A stretch of 63,436 nucleotides of DNA, filler included, from Olpidium bornovanus S191 (Eukaryota > Fungi > Olpidiomycota), in assembly GCA_017911155.1 (NCBI GenBank). It is 31 parts of 31 records of this genome, joined end to end, with 100 filler letters (N's around TTAATTAATTAA, not from the genome) between each part and the next. Parts side by side here need not be neighbours in the genome. Positions count along the whole stretch, not along the records: positions 23,015 to 24,516 come from JAEFCI010011839.1; positions 24,617 to 25,972 come from JAEFCI010008223.1; positions 26,073 to 29,030 come from JAEFCI010003511.1; positions 29,131 to 30,891 come from JAEFCI010011339.1; positions 30,992 to 33,743 come from JAEFCI010007452.1; positions 33,844 to 36,615 come from JAEFCI010000440.1; positions 36,716 to 37,897 come from JAEFCI010005491.1; 24 more parts are not named here. One strand, given 5' to 3'. Below are positions 24,117-37,037 of the stretch, one piece after another (within the stretch, counting starts at the first letter, position 1; each line of letters opens with the position of its first letter). A model generated the notes under the pieces. The model searched no databases, had not been told where the DNA came from, and saw only the letters and a program-made list of their open reading frames with translations. A program made the position numbers and the translations under genes.

Positions 24117-24616
24117 GTTTCCAGTGGCGTCTGCCGTCGGCCGCGGGAAGATTTAACACGGCCTGAAAATGCTAACATGCGGTGCGCGGACTGCGAGCCA
24201 GCGGGGCGGGGCTGGAGAAAGGGCAGGGGGGGAAGGTTGTGGACGGGCGGTCATTGGAGCGAACGTGCAAATTCCCCAATTTTCCCCCCTCCCGGGACAG
24301 AATTCCTTGAGTTCTACGCGCGCAAACCGACGCCGGTTTCAATGTCGCCTCTCTCCACGGGGCGGTGCATCCTCCTCCGCAAAGATCCTCATCTCACATG
24401 GACAATAGCCAGCCGTTGGTGTCAAAGATGGCGAACTTGCTACAAACAATTTTCATAGAAAAGTGGTAAACTCAGCAGGTCACTAATGCAAACGAAAATT
24501 TTTCGCAATATGGCCGNNNNNNNNNNNNNNNNNNNNNNNNNNNNNNNNNNNNNNNNNNNNTTAATTAATTAANNNNNNNNNNNNNNNNNNNNNNNNNNNN
24601 NNNNNNNNNNNNNNNN

Positions 24617-25972
24617 GCGTGCACTGGCATTTTGGCCGGTAAGATCAGCGGGAAATGCGCGCCTTGTGATCGGCGTTTTCGACCGCGCTGCCGGGCTGAC
24701 AGGCCTCGGTGAGCCGGGATGCCCAGGTGCTTCCATGTCTGGAGATCTTGCCAACCCGTCCCGCTCGATCCCAAAGGGAACTCTGGCGGGAGTCGCCGTG
24801 ACTTATGCGGGCTACTCTGCGGTGACGCTTCTTCTCGGATCGACGGTCGCTCGCGTCACGTTCTACTCGGACATGAATGTTTTGCAAGACGTGGGTGCGG
24901 TACTCTTGAACGGCTTACCTTAACAGGCAGCGACCGTCACATGCAGAACGCCATTGGCTCCCCCTCTTCTCCCAACCCAGATCGCGATGTTTCCGCCGTT
25001 GATCACAGCGGGAGTCCTGTCGACCTCCGTTTTTGCGGCCTTGAGTTGCGTCATCGGGGCAGCAAAGATACTACAAGCTATCGCAAAAGACAACCTAGTT
25101 CCGGTGCTGACTCCGCTGGGAAAGGGAACCCGGGAGAACGACGAGCCTGTCGTCGCGGTCCTAGCGACGTACACTCTGGCCCAGGTGATGCGTGCGTGTC
25201 GAACGGGACAGCGGCGGGCAGGGGGGGGGGGGGGGGGGAGGGGGGGGGGGGGAAGAGAAGTTGGGAGGTGCGAGAGGGAGGGGCGAGAGGGAGGGGCGAA
25301 AAAGAGGGGCGAGAAGGCGCGGCGCTGACAAAACAGAGCACGACCCACGCCTTCCCCCTCGCAACGACCGGGGATGCCGGGAAAACTTCCCACAGGTCCT
25401 CCTCCTCGCCGGAGACATCAACTCGATCGCCCCCTTTGTGTCGATGTGCTCGCTGCTGACTTTTGGCGTCATCAACCTGGCCTGCTTCCTGCTCAAGGCC
25501 GGCGGCGCCCCAAACTTTCGGCCGACATTCCGGTACTTCCGCGCATCCGGCGCGCTGATCGGAGCGGCGACGTGCTTCGCGGCGATGTTTGTTGTCGACG
25601 CCATCGCGGCGTTCCTCGCGTCGGTGGTCGCTGCGAGCATTTTCGGGGTACGCTGCGCGAGAGGCCGGGCAGGGAAGGGGGGGGGACGCGGAAAGACGGG
25701 GAAGGCGAAAAAAATCAATCATTATTAAAAAACGATGGGCGAATAGGTTATCCACTACATCTCCCCGCCGAAGAGTTGGGGAGACGTGACCCAGTCGCTG
25801 ATATACCACCAGGTCCGCAAATACCTGCTGCGTTTGGATACGCGGAAGGAACATGTGAAGTTTTGGCGGCCCCAGGTAACCACACGCGTCAAAACGAACG
25901 CGAGACAGCGTGCAAAATTTCTTAGCACCTTGGCCACCCCGGCTGTCAGATACTGCTATTGGTCAACAATCC
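24617..25972 (+). CDS. VHC1: Cation-chloride cotransporter, SLC12A9/Vhc1-like; internal exons
   Basis: ACTGILA|[20 protein letters not shown]; [14 protein letters not shown]; [22 protein letters not shown]; [35 protein letters not shown]|ILLLVNNP. Confidence 0.93.
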
Positions 25973-26077
25973 NNNNNNNNNNNNNNNNNNNNNNNNNNNN
26001 NNNNNNNNNNNNNNNNTTAATTAATTAANNNNNNNNNNNNNNNNNNNNNNNNNNNNNNNNNNNNNNNNNNNNAAGCG

Positions 26078-26108
<31 letters not shown>

Positions 26109-26377
26109 AGACGTCCCGTCCCGAGGCTCGCTCGCGCCGCCCCTCGCCATCCGTGTCCACTGGGAGCGTGGTCGGGCGAAGCTGCCGCCCGCGCCCTCCG
26201 CGTCCGCCGGTAGGGGTAGAGGGGAAAATGCACGCGGCTCATTAAAATACGGCCCAGACTCTATTTGCCGCTGACGAGAGTCCTGCATCTGCGTGACGAC
26301 CGAGCAAACCCGGGCCCGCAGCGCCGGTTCAGCACGGATATGCGGACGCCGGCCGAGGCTCCTCAAGTCCCACGCGC

Positions 26378-28659
26378 TCAGCTGCCCGCCGTCGAGCTGG
26401 TCGCCTCGGCCGTCGCCGGCCCTCCCGCAAGTTCGTCCTCAGAGTGAAAATCCACGGGTATCTCGCTCTCCGCCAGGAACTCCACCGCCTCGTCGTGCAC
26501 CCGTAGACAGTTGTTCTTGAGGTCGATGCACGCCTGGAAAAAACGTGATCACAAACGGAAAAGCTCAGTTGCCGGGAGAACACGGGACGTCCGAAGGTCC
26601 CGGAAAGTTTCTTCGAAGTAGACCGAGCGCTCCGACGACGACTCGCACCTGGTGCCGCTTCAGCATGTCGAGGCCGAACAAAAGCTCCACGCCCTTTCCC
26701 TGATATATTTATCCGGAGATTTCCCACCCCCCACCCCGCAGCCGCGACCGCCGGAAAACGCGTAAGCGGAGCCGCGGGAAACGAAGGCGTACTACCGCCG
26801 AAATCTGGCGCGCGCGCGTGCACGCGAAGCCGAAAAGTCGGTGGCCCTAACCTCCATGACGGTGAAGGTGCACGGCAGGTGCAGCTTCCCGACCTTGATC
26901 GCGTGCATGTGCACTCGGCCGATAATCTTGGCCGTTCCCACGCCGCGGGCAATGCCCGAGTACCTGCGCGGACGCCGAACTGTTAGCGGCGACCTCATCC
27001 CACCACTGAGGGACTCCAAAGCGCCGCACGCTCATAAGTCGAGAGAGAAAAGGCAAACAAGATGGGGACCATGTGGACTCACGTCGTGTCCACCAATCTC
27101 ATGAGACTTTTGTTTCCGGGGACGGGGAGAGCGGGTGTGCGAACAAGACGGTGGAACAACCGCGTGCAATGTCAGAAATTGGCCACACGTGCGGCAGGTG
27201 CAAAACCGGCTCTGGAACCCCTCTTCCTCACCCTGTCTTTTCTGCGCATGACGGGCTCACTAGCAGACGCGAGACGAAAAATGACGGGGGTGGAGCAAAA
27301 GATCAGCATGCTGCTGATCAATCGAGCACGAGCAGATGTACGGTGCACTTTCGTGCGGAACCGCAACAAGTCGAGCACTCACTGATGGTTCGCTGTGCAC
27401 CCGAATCCACGAACGCCTTGATCGGCACGCCGTTGACTTCCACGTGTATGTAGAGCATGTGGACCTGACGAACGCCACAGTCGACCACCGTTGAACGAAC
27501 AAAGGACGACGGAACGGAGGTAACGGTCGACCTGTCACCCCGCGTGGCTCACGTTGATGAACGCCTCCGGGTGGTGTTCATAAGCCGACTCCATGTTCTC
27601 GGCTATCCGTTCTCGCCGGATGGCCTCCTCGATTTTCTTCTGGGCCTCCACGTCGAACGGGTCTGCATCGTGCAGGGTTTGCTGCAGGGGCGTACCTTTC
27701 TTTAACCGCGCTCCTCTCTACTTCTCTCGCGCCTTTTTCGATTTGCAGATATTTTTTCCCCCCTTCCACATCCCCTTCCTACCCTCTTCTGGGAAAAAAA
27801 AGAACTCACAAAATCCGCCGCCAGCTGAGCCGCCTTCTCCTGCCGGCGCCGGTCCTGCTCCTTGTAGGCCCTGGCGAACCCTCCTGGGTCGTTCTGTATG
27901 AGGTCCGCCATCGGGAGATCAAACTGCGCAATAGACGTTTTTCCGGGTGGATTTTGTATTGCGCGGGCCGAGTTCAGAAATTTTTGTGAGCGTCGTCGGG
28001 TCGTCGGGCAGGAGCCGCAAAAGCGACCGGGGCCGGCCGCTGAGAGCGAAAGACGCACAGCTCGCAGGCGGTGCAGCATCGACTGGTCGGCCAATATGCT
28101 CTGCCGCAGCGCTTCGATCCGGGCGTCCTGGTTGTCCGCAGAAGGTTGCGCGGTTGGCACGTCCCTCAGCAGCAGAATGTCGTCGTCAGCCACGCCGCAC
28201 TGCGCGAGGGTCTTCTTCGGGTCGGCAAGGCGGTTGCCATTGTAAACTATCTCCTGGCGGGCGAGCGGCACCTGATACTAGGAATTTGCTCGAGAGAGAT
28301 TTGAGGCTTCAGATAAATTGCATTTTTTTTCATGCTCCCCTCTCCCGTCCCGTTTCCTTAACCTACCTCCACCTCCAGCAGCGCAGACAGATTCTCGACC
28401 TGTGCTTCGGGCGACCCGGACAGGAGAGGGAGGTTATTTCCCGAAGGTAGGAAAAAAAAAGAAAGTTAGTTTGCAGGACGGGGCGGGGAGTGGAGTTTCA
28501 GCGAAAGGGGATGGTTGAGCGGGGGGCGGGAAACGGGACGCGAGGGAGGCGCGCGAAAGAGAGAGAAAGCGCGAGCGCGCACGCGTTTCGCACCTCCATG
28601 TCGGCGTTGACGTCCAGCGCGCGGACGTCACCCTTTTCGTCTACGACGGAGAGGCGCAT
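26378..28659 (-). CDS. DDI1: DNA-damage-inducible protein 1 (UBL + retroviral-like aspartyl protease)
   Basis: Exon 1 (28659-28594) [22 protein letters not shown]; [27 protein letters not shown]; [35 protein letters not shown]; [22 protein letters not shown]; [16 protein letters not shown]; [10 protein letters not shown]...FLAESEIP; TGA at 26380-26378. Confidence 0.95.
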
Positions 28660-29145
28660 GGCGCGTCTTTTTCCCTCCCTTTCCGGCGCCGGTCTCTATC
28701 TCTCTGCCCCCTCTGTCTCCCTGGACTGTTCTCCCGCCGCTCTCTTTCTGCTCTCTCTTCTTCCCGGGGGCTTCTCTCCGCGGCCGGTCGCTGGGCGGGG
28801 CTGGGGTGCCGTCGGCCGGGGGTTTTTTCTTTTTCTTTTTCCGCTTTTTCCGGACGCATTCCTCCTCCTCCTCTCCTCTCCCTCTCCACACGCACACGCG
28901 CGCGCTCGCACACCCAGGCAACCCTTCTCTTATGCAAGCCGGGAAAATCCCGCATCGGAGAGAAGACAAAAGAATCACCGTCCGCAGCTCGGCGGGCGGT
29001 CTGCGTTGCTTGATACGACGCGTTGCATGCNNNNNNNNNNNNNNNNNNNNNNNNNNNNNNNNNNNNNNNNNNNNTTAATTAATTAANNNNNNNNNNNNNN
29101 NNNNNNNNNNNNNNNNNNNNNNNNNNNNNNCATGAGCCTTATTAC

Positions 29146-29717
29146 CATACGACATTGTGTTTGTACCACCGTTTCAAAGATCCTACCAATTTCCTAAACG
29201 AGGAGGGCAGTGCTGTTACCATATCCAAATAATGGAATTCTTTCAAAAATACAGCTTTTTGTTGCAGAAACATCAAAAATACCGGGCTGACATAGATGGC
29301 GCCGACGGGTATAGAACGAAGCAGAACCTGGCAGAAAAGGACTCCGCCGCAGATGATGAAAATATTGACGTCGACGCCTTCAACCTATAACGAGCACATG
29401 TTCAAAGAAGACATTGCGGGTCCATCAGAAATTGCACATGACACCATGCTAGTATTTGGTGCAAAGTATGGTACAGGGAGAGGATATTGTCGGATGCATC
29501 TGAGGGAGCGTTTAGTTGTCTCCAGAGACGAGGGACGAAAGCCGGAGGGGGGAGAGGGAGGGAATGGGGTGGGAGGGGGAAAGGTGCGGGCTGCCCGGAC
29601 TCCGTTTCCACGCGAAAAAGAAGAAAGCGTGGCTTGCGCCGCCGGCGGAAAAAGGGTTGAGAAAAAGGGCTGCGACGACGACGCAGCCAGCGCTTGATAC
29701 CTGCAGTCACGCCTCAT
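29146..29717 (-). CDS. Unidentified multi-exon gene (5' part), divergent from SEC6
   Basis: Four exons splice in frame with canonical GT-AG sites (29717-29701, 29499-29445, 29384-29328 or -29292, 29193-29146). Translation: MRRDCRCIRQYPLPVPYFAPNTSMVEGVDVNIFIICGGVLFCQ(VLLRSIPVGAIY)EIGRIFETVVQTQCRM. Confidence 0.5.
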
Positions 29718-30019
29718 CAAGCCCCTTAAAAACCGGGAAAAGAGAAATCGAACGAGCGCTCGGCTCCTGCGCTGGTGCGGAGAAACGCGTGCCCCCCGGG
29801 CGGCCGGTTGGACATGCTCAGTACCGGAGTCTGACGCAGCGTTCGTCCTTTTTTTTTTTTTTTTTTTTTGTCTTCCCTCTTCCCCGCTCACCTTTTCGGG
29901 GAGTAAGACCCGTCGGCCGCAGCAATTATCAATCGGGCGATACGACTTCAGCCGGGGGGCGGGGGAGCCCAAATACAACGGTGCCCCCGTCATATTTGCC
30001 GACCGGCGGCGGTCGCGGG

Positions 30020-30891
30020 ATGGACGTGTCGTCCACATCAGACGCGAAGGAAGTCGCGATCCTGAGAATATCCGAGCTGCTGAAGCACCCGGCAGATCTT
30101 GACACGAAGGTGCGCGAGGGTGGCAAATCGGCAAACGCTTCGGCCGCACACGCAGGCATGTGTTTGTTTGGTGCCCCCACCCCCGGCGGGGCGGGGCGGA
30201 ATCGCGGCGCGAGCCCAAGGGCGGGAACTTTCGGCCGAAACTCACCGTGTGGTTTGCGCGACAGGTAGACGGTCTGCGGAAGCAGTTCACGAAGCAGAAA
30301 GGCAACGTCGATGCCAGCCTGCGATCCGGGGCGCGTTCGCTTTTCCAAGGAACGGGGGAGGTGGGGGGGGAGACGATCGGGCATGTTCGAAACACGTTCT
30401 GCCTTCCCCTTGGGGGAATCGCTGATACCGCGCGGGAAATTCGCTCGCGTGAACTCACGCAGAGAAGGCCCTGCGGGCGTTAGGGTCTGGACCTCCTGGC
30501 CGCGTCGAAAGACCAAATAAACACCATCAGGGACGAAATGAGCACGATAGACCGGATATGCGGCGAGGCGGAACGGATGATCGAGAATTATCCGCGGATC
30601 AAGAAGGTGATTGTTATTACCGCGTCGCGCGTGCTTAGTTGACTCTGCGCACGCCGTTGCTTACGGACCTCGACAACCTGGTGATTCGGAACCCAGATAT
30701 CACGAACACATCAGAACTTTGTTTCGACCGAGCTTATGGTAACAAAATTCCAGGATTTAAACCGCCGAATTGACCGGCTGAAGGTGACTCAAAAAGCTTT
30801 GAGGTGACGGCGAGCCCTCTAGTAGCGCGCAAAGAAATAATTTTTTGCCACTCACGAACAGGCTCTTTTAGAGGAAGATAAGAGGAACATG
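30020..30891 (+). CDS. SEC6: Exocyst subunit Sec6/EXOC3; N-terminal exons
   Basis: MDVSSTSDAKEVAILRISELLKHPADLDTK|VDGLRKQFTKQKGNVDASLRSG|...GLDLLAASKDQINTIRDEMSTIDRICGEAERMIENYPRIKK|ISRTHQNF. Confidence 0.88.
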
Positions 30892-33800
30892 NNNNNNNNN
30901 NNNNNNNNNNNNNNNNNNNNNNNNNNNNNNNNNNNTTAATTAATTAANNNNNNNNNNNNNNNNNNNNNNNNNNNNNNNNNNNNNNNNNNNNTGGAAGAGG
31001 TTAATAATGGGACAATAATCTGGCCGGCAAAAGTCGGTATGCAGTCGTACGAGGTTCAAGGAAACAACGAACAGCACGAAGCAAGACCACAGCAGGCGCG
31101 TTACAGCCATGCGAACAGTCTCTTCCCGTACGAGAATAGGTTGTGCGAGCCCCCCTCCATTTGGGCGGCAGGGTTCTTTATGTCGAAGCGAACACGGCCG
31201 GCGTCGACAAAGTTGGTCCAGCGAGCTGACGCCGATGTCTTGCAGGCCGTGTTGGGACAGACAGTAAGATCGTTTTCCATTTGGAATCCCATAACCTCTG
31301 TTCCAAACCTGTCCTCGGGTGGGCAGGATGTCTCTGTTTTCAAGATTGTCGTTGAATGTTTAGACGAGTCGAAAACTGGCTGTTTCTGGTTCGGCCAGAC
31401 ATTCAACGAGGAACTCCAAATCCGGACCAAAATGGGCTTCCTGGCGAGTGTTTGACTCTCGTGCTTGTGTATCCTGTATAATGCGAGAAACGTCGGATTT
31501 TGGACACCAGGAGCACCCCTCAGGAGGCCACAGGCGGAGGTGCCCCGTGGGAGGTGTGTGAAAACGTAAACACACACGTTTTAGAGGGCTACCGTGACAC
31601 GCTAGCCCCTGTACGTGACTACGGCGAATATTAGGGTTGCCAATTTAATTGATGAGAAGCGAGTACATACGGGAAGTGACGAGGAAGCCGTGCCTAGGCG
31701 GCCTGGGGTCTGGGTAAAGGTGAATGAAGACGTGGCCAGTGAGTCGAAGGCGGCCGAGTCTCCAAAATATCGAGGCGATTGGGCGAATCATCGTGCGGCA
31801 AACCCGAATTCTGAAGGGTCGGCGGGAGCGTGAATTATCTGAGGGCGACGGTGTTAAAGATCGGAAAGCCCCAATAAACAGCCCGGTCGAGATTCGCAGG
31901 CTGAGAGACGTTTGACCGGAAAAGGGAATGCTGCACACGTGCCAGTTCAGCAGAGTACAGCAGAAAGAAGTTGCGCCGAAGCTAAGTCCAGAAAGAAGTT
32001 GCGCCGAAGCTGTCTTCGGCGCTGGAACAGTTTCGCAAGCGTGTTGTCCGATTCCCGGGTTGCATGCTGTCACGGAGAGCGCATCGAGATCGACGGGCGC
32101 TTTCGGGGAGCGCGTCGGGATCGAGAACGGGGCGGGCGCTGCGAGGAGCGCACCGTCGTCGTCGCCAGCAGGCGCTTCGAAGAGCACCCGCAAAAGACTT
32201 CCGACGGAAGTATTTCAAAGTAGGATGTGTCGCAACGACTTCGCGTCGAGGCGACCGGCAGCGCTACCGATTCCGCCGGTTCCATTCCGCGCGAAAGCGT
32301 CCCCCGTCAGCCGAAGAAAATTCGAGTTACAATCCTTGGGCATGTCCGGACGCCGAGAAGCGAGGCGTTTTCTCTTCTAACGGTTGATTCTGGAGCACGA
32401 ACAGCAGGTTCTGGATGCCATTCACGCGTGTTTCGGTTATGACGTGAACTCAAAAAGAAAATTACCGCAGGCAGAGAGCCCTTCGGCCCTGAAGACGCCC
32501 AACCGTGTGACTGTTTGCAAAGACCACACACCGGTTGGATTCTTCGGCCGAAAAACAGGCAAACCCTCGAGAAAAATCTCGCGAGAAATTCGAAACAGAT
32601 TTTTTTTTTTTTTTTTTTTTTTGAGGAACTCGACCCGAGGAACCGTTTTCGTTTTCGCGGAAAACCCCGCGGGTCGTATCTTGAGGCGCTGACCCCCGTC
32701 AGCTTGGAAGGGACATCGCGTCATGAAGGCGGCTGGTTTGACTGAGAATTGGGGGGAAACGGTTTTTTGTCGGTATCGCTCGCCATGGGAGGGCGGCGGT
32801 GTGTAGCTAGAGAAGGCCGCGGGGGTCTCGGTTTTCTGCGTTGCGTGCGTGGGCGTGTGCGGCAGCTAACAATTTCCACAACCACCCGTTATATCCAAGC
32901 CGCACTTGAAAACCAAGCCGGATCCATGCCCGAGAGTCGGGTCGTCAGGCCGGGGCGCCGGAGAAGCCAGGCAGATCCCGATTTCGGCCGCTCGCGGAGC
33001 AGCTTCAACGTGTTTGTTTGGTTGTTTTCAAGTCTCCCCTCGGACAGAAAACGTCGACTCCTTGCGCCGCACAGTCGAGCTGCAAGCGAATGGTGTCTCC
33101 TAAACCACCCACGCGATCGCGGCTGCGCCCCCTACCGTGATGCGGTGCTGTGGTGTATCGAAGTTTTGGCTGAACGGTAAAACGGTTCTGTCGGGGACTT
33201 CAACAATCGGACCCCGGAGGCTCTCGCCCGTGGACGCCGATTTGGAAGCAGAGTTCGTTCTTGATGTGAAAACCTTTTATGAGTTGGTGCATGCCTTCCC
33301 GTTGTTTAGAAGCGCGCGCAAGCAGTTCCGGTTCCGCAGAAGTGGGGTCAATTTTATCAGCGGCAAAGTAGAACGGCCTTGATCCGTTCGAGTGCGCACT
33401 GTGGAAAGTTACCGTCCTCCAAGACGGAATTGTGTTGGGGTCGCACGTGTCCGGGAGGTCGACGTGTTTGTGCCGAAACTCAGACGCTCTATTTACAGGC
33501 TTGTTCGATGGCGGATTGGAAATCACAAACTTTCCCCCCTCCCGGGGGCTGTTTGTGTTGCCCGGCAGAAATACAACCAATCAATCACCCCCCCGGCGTG
33601 CAAGAGAGATGGGAAAGGAGATCATGGAAGTACGGTAGGTGTTTGGTCAGAGACTTGCGGATGTTTCGCTCCTTCGACGTGGGGATGAGCTTCCTATGTT
33701 GGCTCCACTCCTCGCCGGCGCCGAGAATAGCTTCCTGCAATAANNNNNNNNNNNNNNNNNNNNNNNNNNNNNNNNNNNNNNNNNNNNTTAATTAATTAAN

Positions 33801-35365
33801 NNNNNNNNNNNNNNNNNNNNNNNNNNNNNNNNNNNNNNNNNNNCATGGCATATAAAACCAAAGGATCACCCTTGATACTGGGAACGGTTATTTACAAGAC
33901 AAGAGGCGGCCGAGCAAAGGATTCGATTTCGAGATGGCAGAGAAAGGGAAGGGGCGACGGGGAAAAAGCCGACGTAGATTTGCCCAGAGGAAAGGAAAGA
34001 TTCGAAATATTAGAAAGGGTCGGATTTATTAAAATCGAGAAATCGGCTCGCCCCGCCCGAACGTGGGCGTGCTTGCCAGAGTAAAAAAAAAAATCGACGC
34101 TCCTGAAATCTCGGAAGGACCGTGAAAGTATCCCTCTTCCCCAAACACGGTTATGAGATATTTTTGCAGCCCGTCTAGCGTCTGGCGCGTGGGAATGTGT
34201 TGGCGTCGAATAGATAAAGGATGTAGTAACGCTAGTCAAAAACAGAGGCATTTTTCAAACATCCGCGGAATTTCACCGCCTTAGAAGCCGCCAGGCTGCC
34301 AATTCAAGAGTTTGTCAAATCCAAAACATACGATACTGCACGCTCCCGGTCTCAATAACGGTTACCGAAGCAAAAGACTGCAGCTTAGCCCGGCGCATCT
34401 CGCAAACTTTGCCGGTCGCGTAATGGTCAGGCGCAGCTGCCAGCAAAGCTCCAACAAATTGAGCGAGGGCGCCGGTCGTTCTCCCTCGCAAGGCCTCGGC
34501 AAAGCGAACTCTTTCATGCAATTACTCCTGATTTCGCTTGTATGGTGTTTGGTCCTCGGCTCCTTCCGATCGGACGAAAACGACGGGTTGCCTGGACTTC
34601 TCGGTGATCTCGGCCAGCCACTCACAGTTTCCGGTGTACCTTTGGCTGCCGGCCGCCAGCATGTGTAGCACTGATTGGAGGTCAGCCGCGCCGGCCCCTC
34701 AGCTGCGGACATAATACAGGCATTCCCCACTTAAAATGTGATCCGCGTTGGTGGCAAGGGTCAAGCCCGGAGCGGTGCGGAGATTTTTTCGCCCGTGAGA
34801 GTGTAGTGACCGCTGGACAGAACCTTTCTGTATCCCCGTCGAATGTCGCCGTCTGCACCCGGTAGCACGTGCAGGGGCTCGAGTTAGGCTGGCATAATAT
34901 CCGGCAGCGGCAACCTGACTACTCTCGTGAGGCCCGTTCAAACTCGAGCGGTGACCATCGCGTTTATCTCAGGTATGCTTATGGTCGGTGGCAAATGGGG
35001 GTGCTATTCCTTGAGAAGAGACAGCTGGCAGGGCCACGCGGTAACCTCGCGGCGGGATTGCTCGGCTGGATGGGACTGATCAAGGTGACCGACGGCACCG
35101 TTGGTTGCGGGAGTAAAACATACCGAGGCGAAAAACAAACCGATTGCGTAGCAATCGATGTCGCTCCCCGTGCCCGAGTACCCGGGCCGCCAAACACACG
35201 CCCCGCCACACGCGCAAACGCTGTGCTTTCCTGGAGATGATCAATAATTATTCATTCCCAATTATAATAATCTTAACCTCCCCCGTTAAGACCATCGGGA
35301 CCAACCGGCCCAAGAGCAACAACATTGAGTAGATTATTATTTACTAAACAAACATCAAACTGCTA

Positions 35366-35437
35366 CCCCTGATGGTCTAGTGGTATGATTCCTCGTTCGG
35401 GTCGAGGAGGTCTCCGGTTCGATCCCGGATCAGGGCC
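35366..35437 (+). tRNA. tRNA-Pro(CGG), intronless
   Basis: Cloverleaf: acceptor stem CCCCTGA/TCAGGGC; D-arm GTCTAGTGGTATGA; anticodon arm CCTCG-TTCGGGT-CGAGG; T-arm TCCGG-TTCGATC-CCGGA. A TTTT Pol III terminator follows at 35441. Confidence 0.92.
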
Positions 35438-36490
35438 GGCTTTTCTAAGGCCTGCGCTGCACGGCCTATTTTTGCGAAGCACCTAGCCGCACACATTTTT
35501 TTATTTCCTGCTAAATTTGCAAAGAACATTCAAAATACTGGATCATAAATTGGAGGCCCACATGCTTCAACTTATTACACTAAAAATTTATTACTTTTGA
35601 GGAGGGTGGCCACAGATGATGACGAGTATTTAACTAATTATACTAATTCACGCATAGAAACAAAGAAGAAAAACTCGGTTTGCCGAGTTCGTTTTCCTCA
35701 CTTTTGCCCCTCACCCCCCCCCCCCCCCCCCCCACCCGCTTCCCCAACTCCCCGGCAATGTACACAGCAGGCACCACGATTTTCCGCTGGACCTTGGCCG
35801 AATGCTGCGCGCCAATTCACTGCGCGTAAATTTTAGCGGCAACGGCCTGTCCGGCAAGTTTACCAGCAATTAGTGGCATACCCGGGAAACACCTTCGCTG
35901 CATCAAGCGGAATCATCGAAGTTCTTCCCGCGCAAATCGCCGTCTTTGCGACTATCGCTTTCCAACTGCAAGAGCCTTCCAAAGTCTTCCAACTTCTGGA
36001 TGCTGGCGGGTTGTCCGGAATTACGTCGTGCAGCGCGGCATCAAACCGAACTACCACAAGGAAAGCCTGCAACTCGAAAGGTCCACCGCGTTCGGAGCCC
36101 ATTAGAAAACCGGCACTGGCGTTCGCGCGACTTGAAACTTAACTCGTCTCGAGCCACGTCCAGACGATACTCGAGGCGCGACGCGCTTCTCCGGAGGGGC
36201 GTTTGCTTGTTCGGTAACAGGCCAGGAACGTGCCCCGGTGCGGCACGCAGAAATTGGCTGGCGGACTCCCGGTTCAGTGCTTGTCACGGCAGTTTTGTCG
36301 CCAGACGACGAACCGCAGGCTGCGTTTTCTCATTTTTCCCGCGCGCGAAAGTTCTCTGTAGCACCTACCGCGCTCTTTCTGTTTTCTTATACCTTAGATG
36401 GACGTCATTTGCAGGATTAACGGTGAGGGGGCGAGGAGGGGAAGGTGTTGTTCGGGGTGGAGGCGCCAACAACGTGCGGCAGCGTGGCCC

Positions 36491-36613
<123 letters not shown>

Positions 36614-36715
36614 AGNNNNNNNNNNNNNNNNNNNNNNNNNNNNNNNNNNNNNNNNNNNNTTAATTAATTAANNNNNNNNNNNNNNNNNNNNNNNNNNNNN
36701 NNNNNNNNNNNNNNN

Positions 36716-37037
36716 CAAGGGACCACCCCGGGCGCCCGCCGGAGCGGCTACCGGTCCGGCGCAGCCGCCGCCTTCCGAGCCGCCGCTCGCTACCGCGGAG
36801 CCGGCGAGGAACACGGAGAGCTTTGGAGCCCGCATGCTTCAGAAGATGAACTGGAAGGCGGGCGAGGGCCTGGGCGCCGGGGGCACCGGCGCCACGGAGC
36901 CCGTGACCCTGATCGCCAACCATTCTCGTGCCGGCCTTAGCAGTTCCCGGCAGTCGGCCGGCCCGCCGGTGCTTCCGGGAGAAACTTTCCAGCAGGCTAC
37001 GAGGAGGAAGGCCCGCGAGCGGTGGGGCGGAATGTAG
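36716..37037 (+). CDS. G-patch domain protein, RBM5/RBM10-like C-terminus
   Basis: ESFGARMLQKMNWKAGEGLGAGGTGATEPV...RAGL...ETFQQATRRKARERW*: a G-patch plus the terminal helix typical of RBM5/10. Confidence 0.7.

Noticed and set aside
31912-35330. Probable small-exon genes on contigs 16 and 17
   Set aside because: Splice-like signals are present, but no reliable frame or family assignment could be made by eye.
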